A stretch of DNA of 64,000 nt. Origin: Acidobacteria bacterium UBA823 (GTDB lineage Bacteria; Acidobacteriota; Vicinamibacteria; Vicinamibacterales; UBA823). Every line of letters starts with the position of its first letter. The first letter of the stretch is position 1. A program made the position numbers and the translations under genes. The stretch is taken from assembly GCA_002296225.1 (NCBI GenBank), contig DBHR01000080.1, positions 13,362 through 77,361 on the forward strand, in the 5' to 3' direction. Of the stretch, positions 51,243-60,049 are shown piece by piece. Below the pieces are notes generated by a model that was not told the origin of the DNA, ran no database searches, and worked only from the letters and a program-made list of their open reading frames with translations.

Positions 51243-52367
51243 TTGTCGCGACAATTCCTTGGTAGTCGGAAAGCCCGTGCGCTGTTCGCAAGCCGTCACG
51301 GAGCGACCCTGCGGGTCGTCACGCTGGGCGTGAGCCTGTTCGCTGCGGCGGTTACCGTATTTGCCCAGACCGCCGGCCAGGATGCGCCGCTGGCGCCCGA
51401 GCCGAGCCTCACTGAGGCGGAGAACGCGGAGGGGTTGAGACTGCTCGGGCTGATGGACGCCGCGCTTTCTAGGGAACCAGTACCCTCCGACATTCGTACC
51501 GATTTGAGCTGGCACTTCATTAGGACCCGGGATGGGCAGGTCTACGTGCCCTTCACCCTCAAACTCGATCCAGAGACGGTCGGCCAGTCGGTGACGATCG
51601 GCGTTCGGTTGGTGCCGATGGGCATGGTACTGATGCCGCCAGCTGCGCCCGAACCGGGTGAAACGGGGGCGGAACGGACACCGGTGGAGCCACCGTCCTA
51701 TCCCTTCGAGGACCTTCACTTTGTCAACCTGCAGCCTTCCCAGAGCGGCGACTATATCGTCCGACGCGCACTCATGGCTCGACCGGGTTCTTACGATCTC
51801 TACATCGGAATCAAGGATTCGGAGCAGGTGGAGACGCTGTCGGAGGAGACCAGGCGAGGTGTGGTCAAGCGCACGGTGAACGTGCCTGACTTGTGGGATG
51901 GTCGGTTAACGACAAGCTCGGTCATCGTCCTTGAGGGACAGTGGGAAGAGATTCCCGTGCCGCTCTCACCTGCCCAGCAGCGTTCCAATCCGTATTCGTT
52001 CGGTGGTATGCGGCTCGTGCCACGAGATGGGCTGCAGTACGAGAAGACCGAGACGCTCTCGTTTCTGTTCTTCATCAACAATTCGCAGCTTGTCGAGGAT
52101 AAGCCGAATGTCACGGTCGAGTACAATTTTTATCAGCGGCTCGTCGGTGGCGAGCAGTTTTTCAACCGCTCGGAGCCGCAGACTCTTAGCGCCGAGACAT
52201 TACCGAAATTTTTCAATGTAGCGGCGGGATACCCGTTATCGGCAGGCCAGAACGTTCCCCTCAGCACATTTCCGGAGGGGGTGTTCCGACTAGAGATCGA
52301 GATCACTGATAACGAGGCAGCGACCTCGATCTCGCGCGAGGTGAATTTTAGCATCGTCGGATCCTGA
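51243..52367 (+). CDS. Secreted hypothetical protein (two beta-sandwich-like halves)
   Basis: The 3' part of track ORF 50868..52367; the 5' part is antisense to eno. Signal-like RVVTLGVSLFAAAVTVFAQ. No in-frame ATG after eno, so only TTG candidates remain (51204, 51213, 51243) and the start is uncertain. C-terminus LSTFPEGVFRLEIEITDNEAATSISREVNFSI. Confidence 0.5.
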   Translation: MSRQFLGSRKARALFASRHGATLRVVTLGVSLFAAAVTVFAQTAGQDAPLAPEPSLTEAENAEGLRLLGLMDAALSREPVPSDIRTDLSWHFIRTRDGQVYVPFTLKLDPETVGQSVTIGVRLVPMGMVLMPPAAPEPGETGAERTPVEPPSYPFEDLHFVNLQPSQSGDYIVRRALMARPGSYDLYIGIKDSEQVETLSEETRRGVVKRTVNVPDLWDGRLTTSSVIVLEGQWEEIPVPLSPAQQRSNPYSFGGMRLVPRDGLQYEKTETLSFLFFINNSQLVEDKPNVTVEYNFYQRLVGGEQFFNRSEPQTLSAETLPKFFNVAAGYPLSAGQNVPLSTFPEGVFRLEIEITDNEAATSISREVNFSIVGS

Positions 52368-52387
52368 AGACATCAACCAGAGGAACG

Positions 52388-52765
52388 ATGAGTCGTCGCC
52401 GCCATGTTTTCGCTGTCGTTGTTGCCGGCGTGCTGGTCGGTGTGTGCGATCCATTCTCGGCTCAAAGCGGCGACATGCCAGCGGCCCAGATAACCGTCGT
52501 TGGCAATAGTGTCGTGCGTGGGGTCGTCACCGATATCGTCAATCGTCAGTTCGAGTTTGCGGTTGCCCTACACCGGGACACCGATAATGCCGTCACGCAA
52601 TTTGGAGTGATCGCAACGGAATTCGTCCCGACGATGCAAAGTGCCGGCGTTGCTGATTTCTTGGACGAAAGCGTGACTAGCGACGAAAGCACTGGTGCCG
52701 AAGGACACGCCCACGACGAGTTGGCCTGGCGGCTTCGCCACGTTCGTCGCAGCGTGCTCAAGTAG
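52388..52765 (+). CDS. Small secreted hypothetical protein
   Basis: 125-aa ORF with signal-like MSRRRHVFAVVVAGVLVGVCDPFSAQ, 20 nt after the preceding gene. No recognisable motif. Confidence 0.4.
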   Translation: MSRRRHVFAVVVAGVLVGVCDPFSAQSGDMPAAQITVVGNSVVRGVVTDIVNRQFEFAVALHRDTDNAVTQFGVIATEFVPTMQSAGVADFLDESVTSDESTGAEGHAHDELAWRLRHVRRSVLK

Positions 52766-52806
52766 ATTCTCGAAATCGATCAACAGACCAGGCAGGAATC
52801 TGAACT

Positions 52807-52826
52807 GAGGGCGGCACCCTTTTTTT
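52807..52826 (+). terminator. Weak candidate intrinsic terminator
   Basis: GAGGG-CGGCA-CCCUU short stem followed by a run of 7 T (52820..52826), 40 nt after the stop at 52765. The stem is only about 5 bp, so this is weak. Confidence 0.3.
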
Positions 52827-53043
52827 GAGCGATTGTGAATTCAATTTATTGAAAAACCAGTACGGTTAATTGGATGCTTGGCCAATTTTTTGAAGATCTT
52901 TCCAGAATCATAGTGGATATCGGGCGAGCGAGTTGGATGACTGATGATGATGTCTAGTAAAACGACGATTAGTTTTGGATGGGCGACAACGATTCCGCTG
53001 CCGGACGGTGCCATCGTTCTTAAACTGGCGCCGGTTCAGTGAT

Positions 53044-55947
53044 ATGCGAACGGCGTTGAAGCACGGCGCGACCGCTCGGTCCCGGCATGGTTCGCGGGGA
53101 CAAGGCATGCTCGCCGTGTCGGTCGTCGTTGCACTTCTCGGCCTAGCCGTTGCGAACATTGCGGTTCGCTCGAGTTGGAGCGAGGTTGAAGACGGTGTGT
53201 TGTGGGTGTCACGGCCGGAAGGGGTCGTCGCGGCCCAGGTAAGCGGACGATCGGCCGCCGCCGATGCTGGCATTCACTTAGGTGACGTGCTCATAGCGGT
53301 CGATGGAGAATCGGTCGAGTCGCCTGACGCCCTAATCACCAAGTTCCACGATGCTGTCATCGGGGATCGTCTTGAATATGTCGTGGCGCGTCTCGGGTCG
53401 GAAGAACTGCTCGAAGTAACGCTACGGCCGATTCCCGCTGGGAACCGCACTCTGTATTTTGTACTGGCTGCGATCGGCATCTTCACGCTGCTCGTGGGGG
53501 TGTCGGTGCGACTGCGCCGGCCGACGGCGCAGGCCACGCTGCATTTCTTTTGGTTGACGGTTGCCTTCTTTGGTGTCCTAACGTTTTCCTTCAGTGGTCG
53601 GCTTGACCGTCTGGATTGGGTTTTCTACTGGGCCGATGTGTTTGCGACACTCATGCTGCCGCCGCTGTTTATGCACTTCGCGCTGGTTTTTCCAGGGCGA
53701 GTGCTGGACGGGATGCAGAAACAGTTACGGACGTTCCTGTTCACCGCGATTTATCTACCAGCGTTCCTATTTGGTGGCGTGCGCGCGGTTGCCATAACAG
53801 GCTCTGGAACCGAAGGTGCTCAGGTCGTTGCCACGGTTCAAGCCGTGGAGCGTTTCGAACTGGGCTACCTCGCGATCTGCATGGTCGGCGGCGCGGCAGT
53901 TATGTTCTGGGCGTTACATCGAGCCGGGTCAGTGACAGGACGTCGACAGCTCCGCTGGATTCTCTGGGGAACGATTTTGGGCGGCTTGCCGTTCCTGGTC
54001 GGTTACCTCGTGCCGTTTGCACTTGGCTTCAACCCGTCGCCGCAGATGGAACTAACCACAATTCCGCTTGGTCTCATCCCCTTGGCGTTTGCGTCAGCGG
54101 TAATCCGTTACCGTCTGATGGACGTTGAGGTGATCATCAGGCGGGCGGTGGTCTACACCACGGCGGTTCTAGCAATGGTGGTGATATACGCCGTGCTGCT
54201 TCGGATCGCAAGCGAGGTTCTGCTCGGTGGATCCGAGCAGCACAATTCGATCATCGCGATGCTCGCGACCTTAGTCGTTGTCTTACTGGCGAGTCCGGTC
54301 AAAGACGCGATTCAGTCAGCCCTTGACCGAGCCTACTACCGCGATCGCTACGACTATCGGCAGGCTCTAGTCGGGTTTGCGCGCGACCTCAGCCGCGATC
54401 TAGATCTCGCTCGTTTGAGTGAACGGCTTGTCACGAGAGTGATGGATACGTTCGTTGTTGATCGGATGGCACTCATGCTCGCACCCCCGGATGGTGACCC
54501 AGATGCTGACCTTCGGGCGATTCATGCGGTCGGTCTAGACAACGAAGTGCCGACGCTCTCGCGTCACTCGTCGCTCGGCGAGTGGCTCTGGGCGTCGCGT
54601 ACGGTTGTCCTGGACGACGCAGCGCAGCGCTTGAGCGACGATGACATCGACGCCTGGCGAGGGATCGGGATCCATTATCTGGTGCCGAGTGTTTCAAAGG
54701 ACGGGACGACGGCCGTGCTGGCGATTGGGCGCACGGATAACGGCGAACCGCTCAGCAGTGAGGATCTTGCATTACTCGCTGCGGTCGCTGCACAGGTGGC
54801 GACGGCGCTCGAGAACGGTCGTCTCTACGGACAGCTGCGCACGAAAGCGGCTGAGCTCGATCGGCTGCGCGAATTCAGCGAGAACGTCATTGAATCGCTC
54901 AACGACGGTCTGGCCGTCGTGGGATTTGATGATCGCGTCGTACGGTGGAACCGCGGCTTAGAGCAGCTCTACGGTATAGGTCGCGACGAGGCACTGGGCG
55001 AAAAGCTTAATTCGCTGTTCGAGCCGGGATTTATCCAAATGCTTCACGACGCTCGTGACAAGGAGCCCGCGGGCGCCGTGCGGTATCGAGTGCCCATCCA
55101 GTCTCGACACCCCGACGGCCCACGTCGGTTACTCCTCAATGCGGCGATTGCGCCACTGCGGACGCCCCAGGGCGAGGGCGCCGGCACCATCGTGATTTTG
55201 GAGAACATCACTGAGCGTGTTCAGCTCGAAGAGCAGTTGCAGATTTCTGAAAAGATGGCGTCAATTGGGCTGCTGGCGGCCGGTGTGGCCCACGAGGTTA
55301 ACACGCCGCTGACCGGTATTTCGAGCTTCACGCAGATGTTATTGGAGGGTGCGGAGTCCGACGATCCGAAAACGCGGTTGCTTAAGAAGATCGAGCGACA
55401 AACGTTTCGGGCGGCGAAGATCGTGAACGGTCTACTTAATCTAGCGCGCCCAGCACGTGCGGAAACGGGTCCTGTCGACGTCAATGCGGTTATCAATGAC
55501 GTCCTATCGTTACTGGAACATCAGTTGAAGGCGTCACATATCAGCGTCCGTAAGGAGCTGGCCACATCTAAGCCGATAGCGCTAGGGCTTGACTATAAAC
55601 TTCAGCAAGTGTTTCTGAATTTATTTTTGAATGCCCACGATGCTATGCCCAAGGGCGGATGGCTGAGGATCACGACACGGCGGGACGATAACCGCACCGT
55701 GATCGAGATCGCCGACACGGGTTCGGGTATTTCCGGGGAGAATCTCTCACGCATTTATGATCCGTTCTTCACGACTAAATCGCTGAGGCGGGGCTCGGGA
55801 TTGGGCCTATCGATTACCTACGGTATCGTTCAGGAGCACGGTGGTTCGATCGAGTGTGACAGTGTTGAAGGACAGGGTACCAGGTTCACGGTTGAACTGC
55901 CGCTTGCGAACGCGGTCCTGACGCGCTCGAGAGAAGCGGCCCAGTGA
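53044..55947 (+). CDS. Sensor histidine kinase: TM - periplasmic PDZ - ~9 TM - GAF-like - PAS-like - HisKA - HATPase
   Basis: PDZ-like GRSAAADAGIHLGDVLIAVDGESVES...LEVTLRP, multiple TM helices, H-box AGVAHEVNTPLTGI, N box NLFLNAHDAM, and G boxes DTGSGI / GSGLGLSI. Start uncertain (ATG 53044 or 53107; TTG 52975 in the track). Confidence 0.85.
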   Translation: MRTALKHGATARSRHGSRGQGMLAVSVVVALLGLAVANIAVRSSWSEVEDGVLWVSRPEGVVAAQVSGRSAAADAGIHLGDVLIAVDGESVESPDALITKFHDAVIGDRLEYVVARLGSEELLEVTLRPIPAGNRTLYFVLAAIGIFTLLVGVSVRLRRPTAQATLHFFWLTVAFFGVLTFSFSGRLDRLDWVFYWADVFATLMLPPLFMHFALVFPGRVLDGMQKQLRTFLFTAIYLPAFLFGGVRAVAITGSGTEGAQVVATVQAVERFELGYLAICMVGGAAVMFWALHRAGSVTGRRQLRWILWGTILGGLPFLVGYLVPFALGFNPSPQMELTTIPLGLIPLAFASAVIRYRLMDVEVIIRRAVVYTTAVLAMVVIYAVLLRIASEVLLGGSEQHNSIIAMLATLVVVLLASPVKDAIQSALDRAYYRDRYDYRQALVGFARDLSRDLDLARLSERLVTRVMDTFVVDRMALMLAPPDGDPDADLRAIHAVGLDNEVPTLSRHSSLGEWLWASRTVVLDDAAQRLSDDDIDAWRGIGIHYLVPSVSKDGTTAVLAIGRTDNGEPLSSEDLALLAAVAAQVATALENGRLYGQLRTKAAELDRLREFSENVIESLNDGLAVVGFDDRVVRWNRGLEQLYGIGRDEALGEKLNSLFEPGFIQMLHDARDKEPAGAVRYRVPIQSRHPDGPRRLLLNAAIAPLRTPQGEGAGTIVILENITERVQLEEQLQISEKMASIGLLAAGVAHEVNTPLTGISSFTQMLLEGAESDDPKTRLLKKIERQTFRAAKIVNGLLNLARPARAETGPVDVNAVINDVLSLLEHQLKASHISVRKELATSKPIALGLDYKLQQVFLNLFLNAHDAMPKGGWLRITTRRDDNRTVIEIADTGSGISGENLSRIYDPFFTTKSLRRGSGLGLSITYGIVQEHGGSIECDSVEGQGTRFTVELPLANAVLTRSREAAQ

Positions 55948-55963
55948 GTAGCAGGACATCTAC

Positions 55964-57460
55964 GTGACTGATAAACGCACGATTCTTGTTGTTGACGACG
56001 AAGAGGTGATGCGCGAGGTCCTTACCACGCTTCTCGCCCAGTCGGGCTACTTGGTTCAGACGGCCTCGACCGGGGAGGAAGGCGTGGAGATCGCACGCGT
56101 GGAGTCGCTGGACGCCGCCATCTTGGACGTGATGATGCCAGGCCAGGGCGGCATGGCGACGCTCGACGATCTACAAAAGCTCGACAGCGAGCTTCCGGTC
56201 ATCATGCTCACTGCCCACGGATCGGTCGAGAGCGCGAAAAAGGCGATCAAGGCAGGCGCGTTCGACTACATCACCAAACCGTTTAAGCACGACGAAGTGT
56301 TGATGGTATTGCGGAACGCCGTCGAGCGCCGACGTCTGTCGCTGGAGAACCGGGCGCTGCGCCAGAACCTGCAGGCGCGTAGTCACAATTTCAGTGACAT
56401 CATCGGCCGCAGTCCGCGCCTGCGCCAGATGTTCGATCTAATCATGCAGGCGGCGCCCAGCCGCTCGACGATTCTCATCCAAGGGGAGAGCGGCACGGGT
56501 AAGGAGTTGGTGGCGCGAGCGATCCACATGCATTCGACCAGAACGGAGTTTCCGTTTATCACCGTCAATGCGGGCAATTTGCCACACGACCTGCTTGAGT
56601 CGAATCTCTTCGGGCACGTCAAGGGCGCGTTCACTGGGGCGCAGTCGACGAAGAAAGGGCTCTTCGAGCTAGCCGACACCGGCAGCATCTTCTTCGATGA
56701 GATCGGCAATTTGCCCTTCGAAACCCAGGCCAAGTTGCTCGGCGTGATGCAGGAGCGCCAGTTCATGCGCTTAGGTGGTGTCGAAACCATCAAAGTCGAT
56801 GTGCGCATCATCGCCGCGACGAACGTCGATCTGAAGCGGATGGTCGACGAGGGACGATTCCGGGAGGATCTGTACTATCGTCTGCACGTCATTACCGTAG
56901 ATTTGCCACCGCTGCGCGAACGCAAGGAGGACATCCCATTACTTGTGCAGCATTTTCTCAACAAATACGGTGGCGAGAACGAACGGTCGGGTCTCGAGAT
57001 CACGCCAGAAGCCCTAGATCTCCTAGTGGAGTACGACTGGCCAGGAAACGTCCGAGAACTTGAGAATGTGATCGAACGAGCGGTCGTATTATCCTCAGAA
57101 CCGCGCATCGGCCTGGAACTTATCCCTGATCACGTGCGTACCTCGGGGCCCTTCCAAGTGCCGAAAATCGTTGTTCCGCCTGCCGGTATTTCATTTAGAG
57201 AAGTAATTGCGAACTCGGAACGGCAACTAATTGAATCGGCGCTGCATGAAGCGGGTGGTGTGCAGAAACGGGCTGCCGAACTGCTGCGGATCAAGCCAAC
57301 GACGCTGAACGAAATGATCAAGCGATACGCGATCCAATCGCATCGCCGGCGGGGCGGCAACGGGCGGAAGCGGCAATCGGAACCGCCGGTCAAGTCCGCC
57401 ACTGGGTCCCGGAAGGTCGTTCCCCCGCCCTTTGTGCCAGGTACCAGCCGGGACAACTGA
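55964..57460 (+). CDS. Sigma54-dependent response regulator (NtrC family)
   Basis: REC domain (ILVVDDEE...LDVMMPG), an AAA+ activator domain with GESGTGKE, GAFTGA and ESNLFGH, and a C-terminal Fis-type HTH (KRAAELLRIKPTTLNEMIKRY). Confidence 0.9.
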   Translation: MTDKRTILVVDDEEVMREVLTTLLAQSGYLVQTASTGEEGVEIARVESLDAAILDVMMPGQGGMATLDDLQKLDSELPVIMLTAHGSVESAKKAIKAGAFDYITKPFKHDEVLMVLRNAVERRRLSLENRALRQNLQARSHNFSDIIGRSPRLRQMFDLIMQAAPSRSTILIQGESGTGKELVARAIHMHSTRTEFPFITVNAGNLPHDLLESNLFGHVKGAFTGAQSTKKGLFELADTGSIFFDEIGNLPFETQAKLLGVMQERQFMRLGGVETIKVDVRIIAATNVDLKRMVDEGRFREDLYYRLHVITVDLPPLRERKEDIPLLVQHFLNKYGGENERSGLEITPEALDLLVEYDWPGNVRELENVIERAVVLSSEPRIGLELIPDHVRTSGPFQVPKIVVPPAGISFREVIANSERQLIESALHEAGGVQKRAAELLRIKPTTLNEMIKRYAIQSHRRRGGNGRKRQSEPPVKSATGSRKVVPPPFVPGTSRDN

Positions 57461-57530
57461 ACCAGAATGTCTTGTCCGTCTAACGCCCTAGTTCAGAGAC
57501 TAGAGACCCCAGGGCTGTCCCGTCCAACGT

Positions 57531-58853
57531 CTAACGGTGTCCCCGACGGTTGCCGTCGCTCCCGGCCGGTCCGCGGATCGTTGACATCAACTGCTCGTAC
57601 TTGGCGAGAATAATTTCCCAGCGATAGTGGTGGTTGACGTAGCTCTGTCCGTTGCGGCCCATGGCCGCACGCAGCTTTGTATCGGCCAGTAGGAGTTTGA
57701 GGCATTCGACAAATTCGTCTTGGTTGCCATAGTAAAGGCCGGCGTTGCTAATTCGGCAGTGATCCGCCACAACCTCGCTCCGACCGTTCGCCAGAATCGG
57801 GGTGCCAACGGCGAAGGCTTCCAAAGCTAGCAGTGACAGGCTCTCAAATGGCGACGGTACGACCACGACCGTAGCGGCCTCGAGTGCGTCAAGCCGCTCC
57901 TGCTCCGAGAGCCTACCGGCGAAGTGGATGAACGACTCTTCGGGCAATGGCATGAGTTTTACACCCATAAGGGTCAACATCGCGTCGCCGCCGCCGCTCG
58001 CGTAGGCGCTGAAGCACTCGATCAACTCCTCGCAGCCTTTACCCGGCTCGATCCTGCCACCGTAGAGTACGACTGGACCATGGAGGCGATGGCGCCGACG
58101 AAATACCGCTCCCCGCTTGTGAAGGGGGCTGTCATACTCACTGCCGTTGGTCGATTTTTGACTCGGGTTCGCCGCCCGTCGGCGGTTACCGCCGCGGGGA
58201 AGGGACCGTCCGATGCGTTTGGGCGGATCATCCATTGGTGGTGGCAGAAGGTCTACGCCGCAGCCGATGGTGTCTTCCGCCACGGTTCGAATGTCGAACG
58301 TTGACCTCAGAAACGCGCGCTCGGCAGCCGTGTTGTAGGCTAGGCCAGCCGGCAGGCTGAACACATCCCGGTAGAGACCGAGGTGGATCGCCGGCTCGTC
58401 ATGGGCGGTCGGTACGAGGATGCTGCGACCCGGCGCGACGGCGATGCCGAGGACGGTCGGAGCGTAGAGATATGTGAAGAAGATTAGGATGTCGTAACTT
58501 GATGCATGCCGTTCGAGGTGCTCGAGTAGCGCTGGGCACCAGGGCCCCTGGCGTCGCAGCCACTCCATCTCGTCATCCCGCGTGTGGGGGTTATTGAAGA
58601 TCCAGTCGGAATACCGATTGAATGATTCGATGTCCCGCGTCTGCGCGTTGGCGAATCGTTGAACCGTTACCCCGCGGACACGGTCGGTGCCCTCTGGATA
58701 CGCATTTTTCCACGTGACGTAATCCTGCGCGCATGTGGTGAGAACGTTGACATCGTGTTGCGCCGCCAACTGCTCGGCGATGAGCCGGCAATGATATTCG
58801 GAGCCTCCGAGGATTTCGGTGCCGTAACGCTGAACGACGAAGGCAATTTTCAC
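57531..58853 (-). CDS. GT4-type (GT-B) glycosyltransferase, paralogue A'
   Basis: VKIAFVVQRYGTEILGGSEYHCR N-terminus (GTG at 58853) and C-terminal PSPFESLSLLALEAFAVGTPILAN (EX7E-like). Collinear with the 61286..62599 product. The upstream part of the track ORF overlaps the preceding gene. Confidence 0.8.
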   Translation of the reverse strand: MKIAFVVQRYGTEILGGSEYHCRLIAEQLAAQHDVNVLTTCAQDYVTWKNAYPEGTDRVRGVTVQRFANAQTRDIESFNRYSDWIFNNPHTRDDEMEWLRRQGPWCPALLEHLERHASSYDILIFFTYLYAPTVLGIAVAPGRSILVPTAHDEPAIHLGLYRDVFSLPAGLAYNTAAERAFLRSTFDIRTVAEDTIGCGVDLLPPPMDDPPKRIGRSLPRGGNRRRAANPSQKSTNGSEYDSPLHKRGAVFRRRHRLHGPVVLYGGRIEPGKGCEELIECFSAYASGGGDAMLTLMGVKLMPLPEESFIHFAGRLSEQERLDALEAATVVVVPSPFESLSLLALEAFAVGTPILANGRSEVVADHCRISNAGLYYGNQDEFVECLKLLLADTKLRAAMGRNGQSYVNHHYRWEIILAKYEQLMSTIRGPAGSDGNRRGHR

Positions 58854-58893
58854 GATAGCATGCGTCCTGACGGTCGTCCGCCTACCTTGCACC

Positions 58894-58940
58894 GCGAGGT
58901 CCCGGACCAGGCAGGACCTCGCTGGATGATCATATCCAGC
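58894..58940. repeat. Two abutting perfect inverted repeats in the GT B'-A' intergenic gap
   Basis: GCGAGGTCC (58894..58902) pairs with GGACCTCGC (58914..58922), giving a 9-bp stem. GCTGGAT (58921..58927) pairs with ATCCAGC (58934..58940), giving a 7-bp stem. The two share 2 nt. Confidence 0.6.
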
Positions 58941-58959
58941 GAATGGGATAACGACGTTC

Positions 58960-60033
58960 TCACGAAAAACGCGCAACGAGTTGCGCCAGTCGCTCACGCA
59001 TCGCTGCATCGCTGAAGTTCATTAAGCGAGCGCGCTGACCTTCTAGCACTGCAGCTCGTAGAGCCTCATCGTACACTAGGAGGCCGAGAAGCTCGGCCGC
59101 ATATTCGAAATTCTTTGGCGCGAACTGCACACCGGCATCCCCCATCGTCTCCGGCACGGCCGCGGCCGAATAGGCCAGCACGGGCACGTCAGCGGCCATG
59201 GCTTCAAGAAGGGGCACGCAGAAGCCCTCGTGCTCGCTGAGCGAAACGTATGCGCTGGCAGTGCGATAGAAGGTCGCCAGGTCTTCGTCCGGCACACTCC
59301 CGGTGAACCAGAACCTCGCTACTTCACCAGGGCTTGAGTTGAACTCGGACACGAGCGAACGAATCATTGTGAAGTAGCGCGGCACGGCATCGTGCCGACC
59401 GACAAAGATGAATCGGCAATTGGCGTCGACGTACCGTCTATAGTGCTCGGCAAGAAGGATGTGATCCTCGATTTTCTTGTTAGGTGCCAGCCGGCCGACG
59501 AAAAGGATGTTCGTGAGACCGTCGTCGAGCACCCGCTCCAGCGCCGGCCGCCGTGCCAACTGGTTCAGGCGCTTCGTGTCAACCGCAATTGGCAGCACAC
59601 CGGTGTTGCCGAATCCGACCTTTTCTAGCTCGCGACGGTTGTATTCGGAATCGCCCAGCGCGAGGTCCACGCGGCCGGCGAGCGTCGCCAGTTCGCGTCG
59701 GCCCAGCACGGCCAGCCGGAACAGCGCCGGCTCATAAGGCGTAAAAAAATGAGCCGGCGTGATGTTGTGGTATTGCAGCACACGGCCGCCCGAAAGCGAC
59801 ACGAACGCTTCCGTCATCGGTGACGGCAGTGCGTAGTGGAAAATCGTGAGGTCCCCCCGCGTCGCACCGTCGGCATCGAACGGTCGGATATCATTTCGCA
59901 GCGAGTCGTCGATCGTGATGGCGAAAACGTCCGCGGTATGCCCGAGTGCGCGCAGCATGTCGCGGGTCCGCCGCGCGCTGTCACCAACCGCGTCGCCCCG
60001 GTGTGCAGCTGGGACCCACTGATTGACGATCAT
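58960..60033 (-). CDS. GT-B glycosyltransferase (group 1), paralogue B'
   Basis: MIVNQWVPAAHRGDAVGD N-terminus, NILFVGRLAPNKKIED and SLSEHEGFCVPLLEAMAADVPVLAY. Collinear with the 60050..61282 product. Confidence 0.8.
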   Translation of the reverse strand: MIVNQWVPAAHRGDAVGDSARRTRDMLRALGHTADVFAITIDDSLRNDIRPFDADGATRGDLTIFHYALPSPMTEAFVSLSGGRVLQYHNITPAHFFTPYEPALFRLAVLGRRELATLAGRVDLALGDSEYNRRELEKVGFGNTGVLPIAVDTKRLNQLARRPALERVLDDGLTNILFVGRLAPNKKIEDHILLAEHYRRYVDANCRFIFVGRHDAVPRYFTMIRSLVSEFNSSPGEVARFWFTGSVPDEDLATFYRTASAYVSLSEHEGFCVPLLEAMAADVPVLAYSAAAVPETMGDAGVQFAPKNFEYAAELLGLLVYDEALRAAVLEGQRARLMNFSDAAMRERLAQLVARFS

Positions 60034-60049
60034 GCTTCACTGCACCCGT

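Noticed and set aside
52763-52828. The TAG stop of the 125-aa ORF is followed by about 20 further sense codons before a TGA, which raised the possibility of read-through or recoding
   Set aside because: The extension runs into the terminator-like T-run and the AT-rich island and has no protein-like features. There is nothing to suggest Pyl or suppression.
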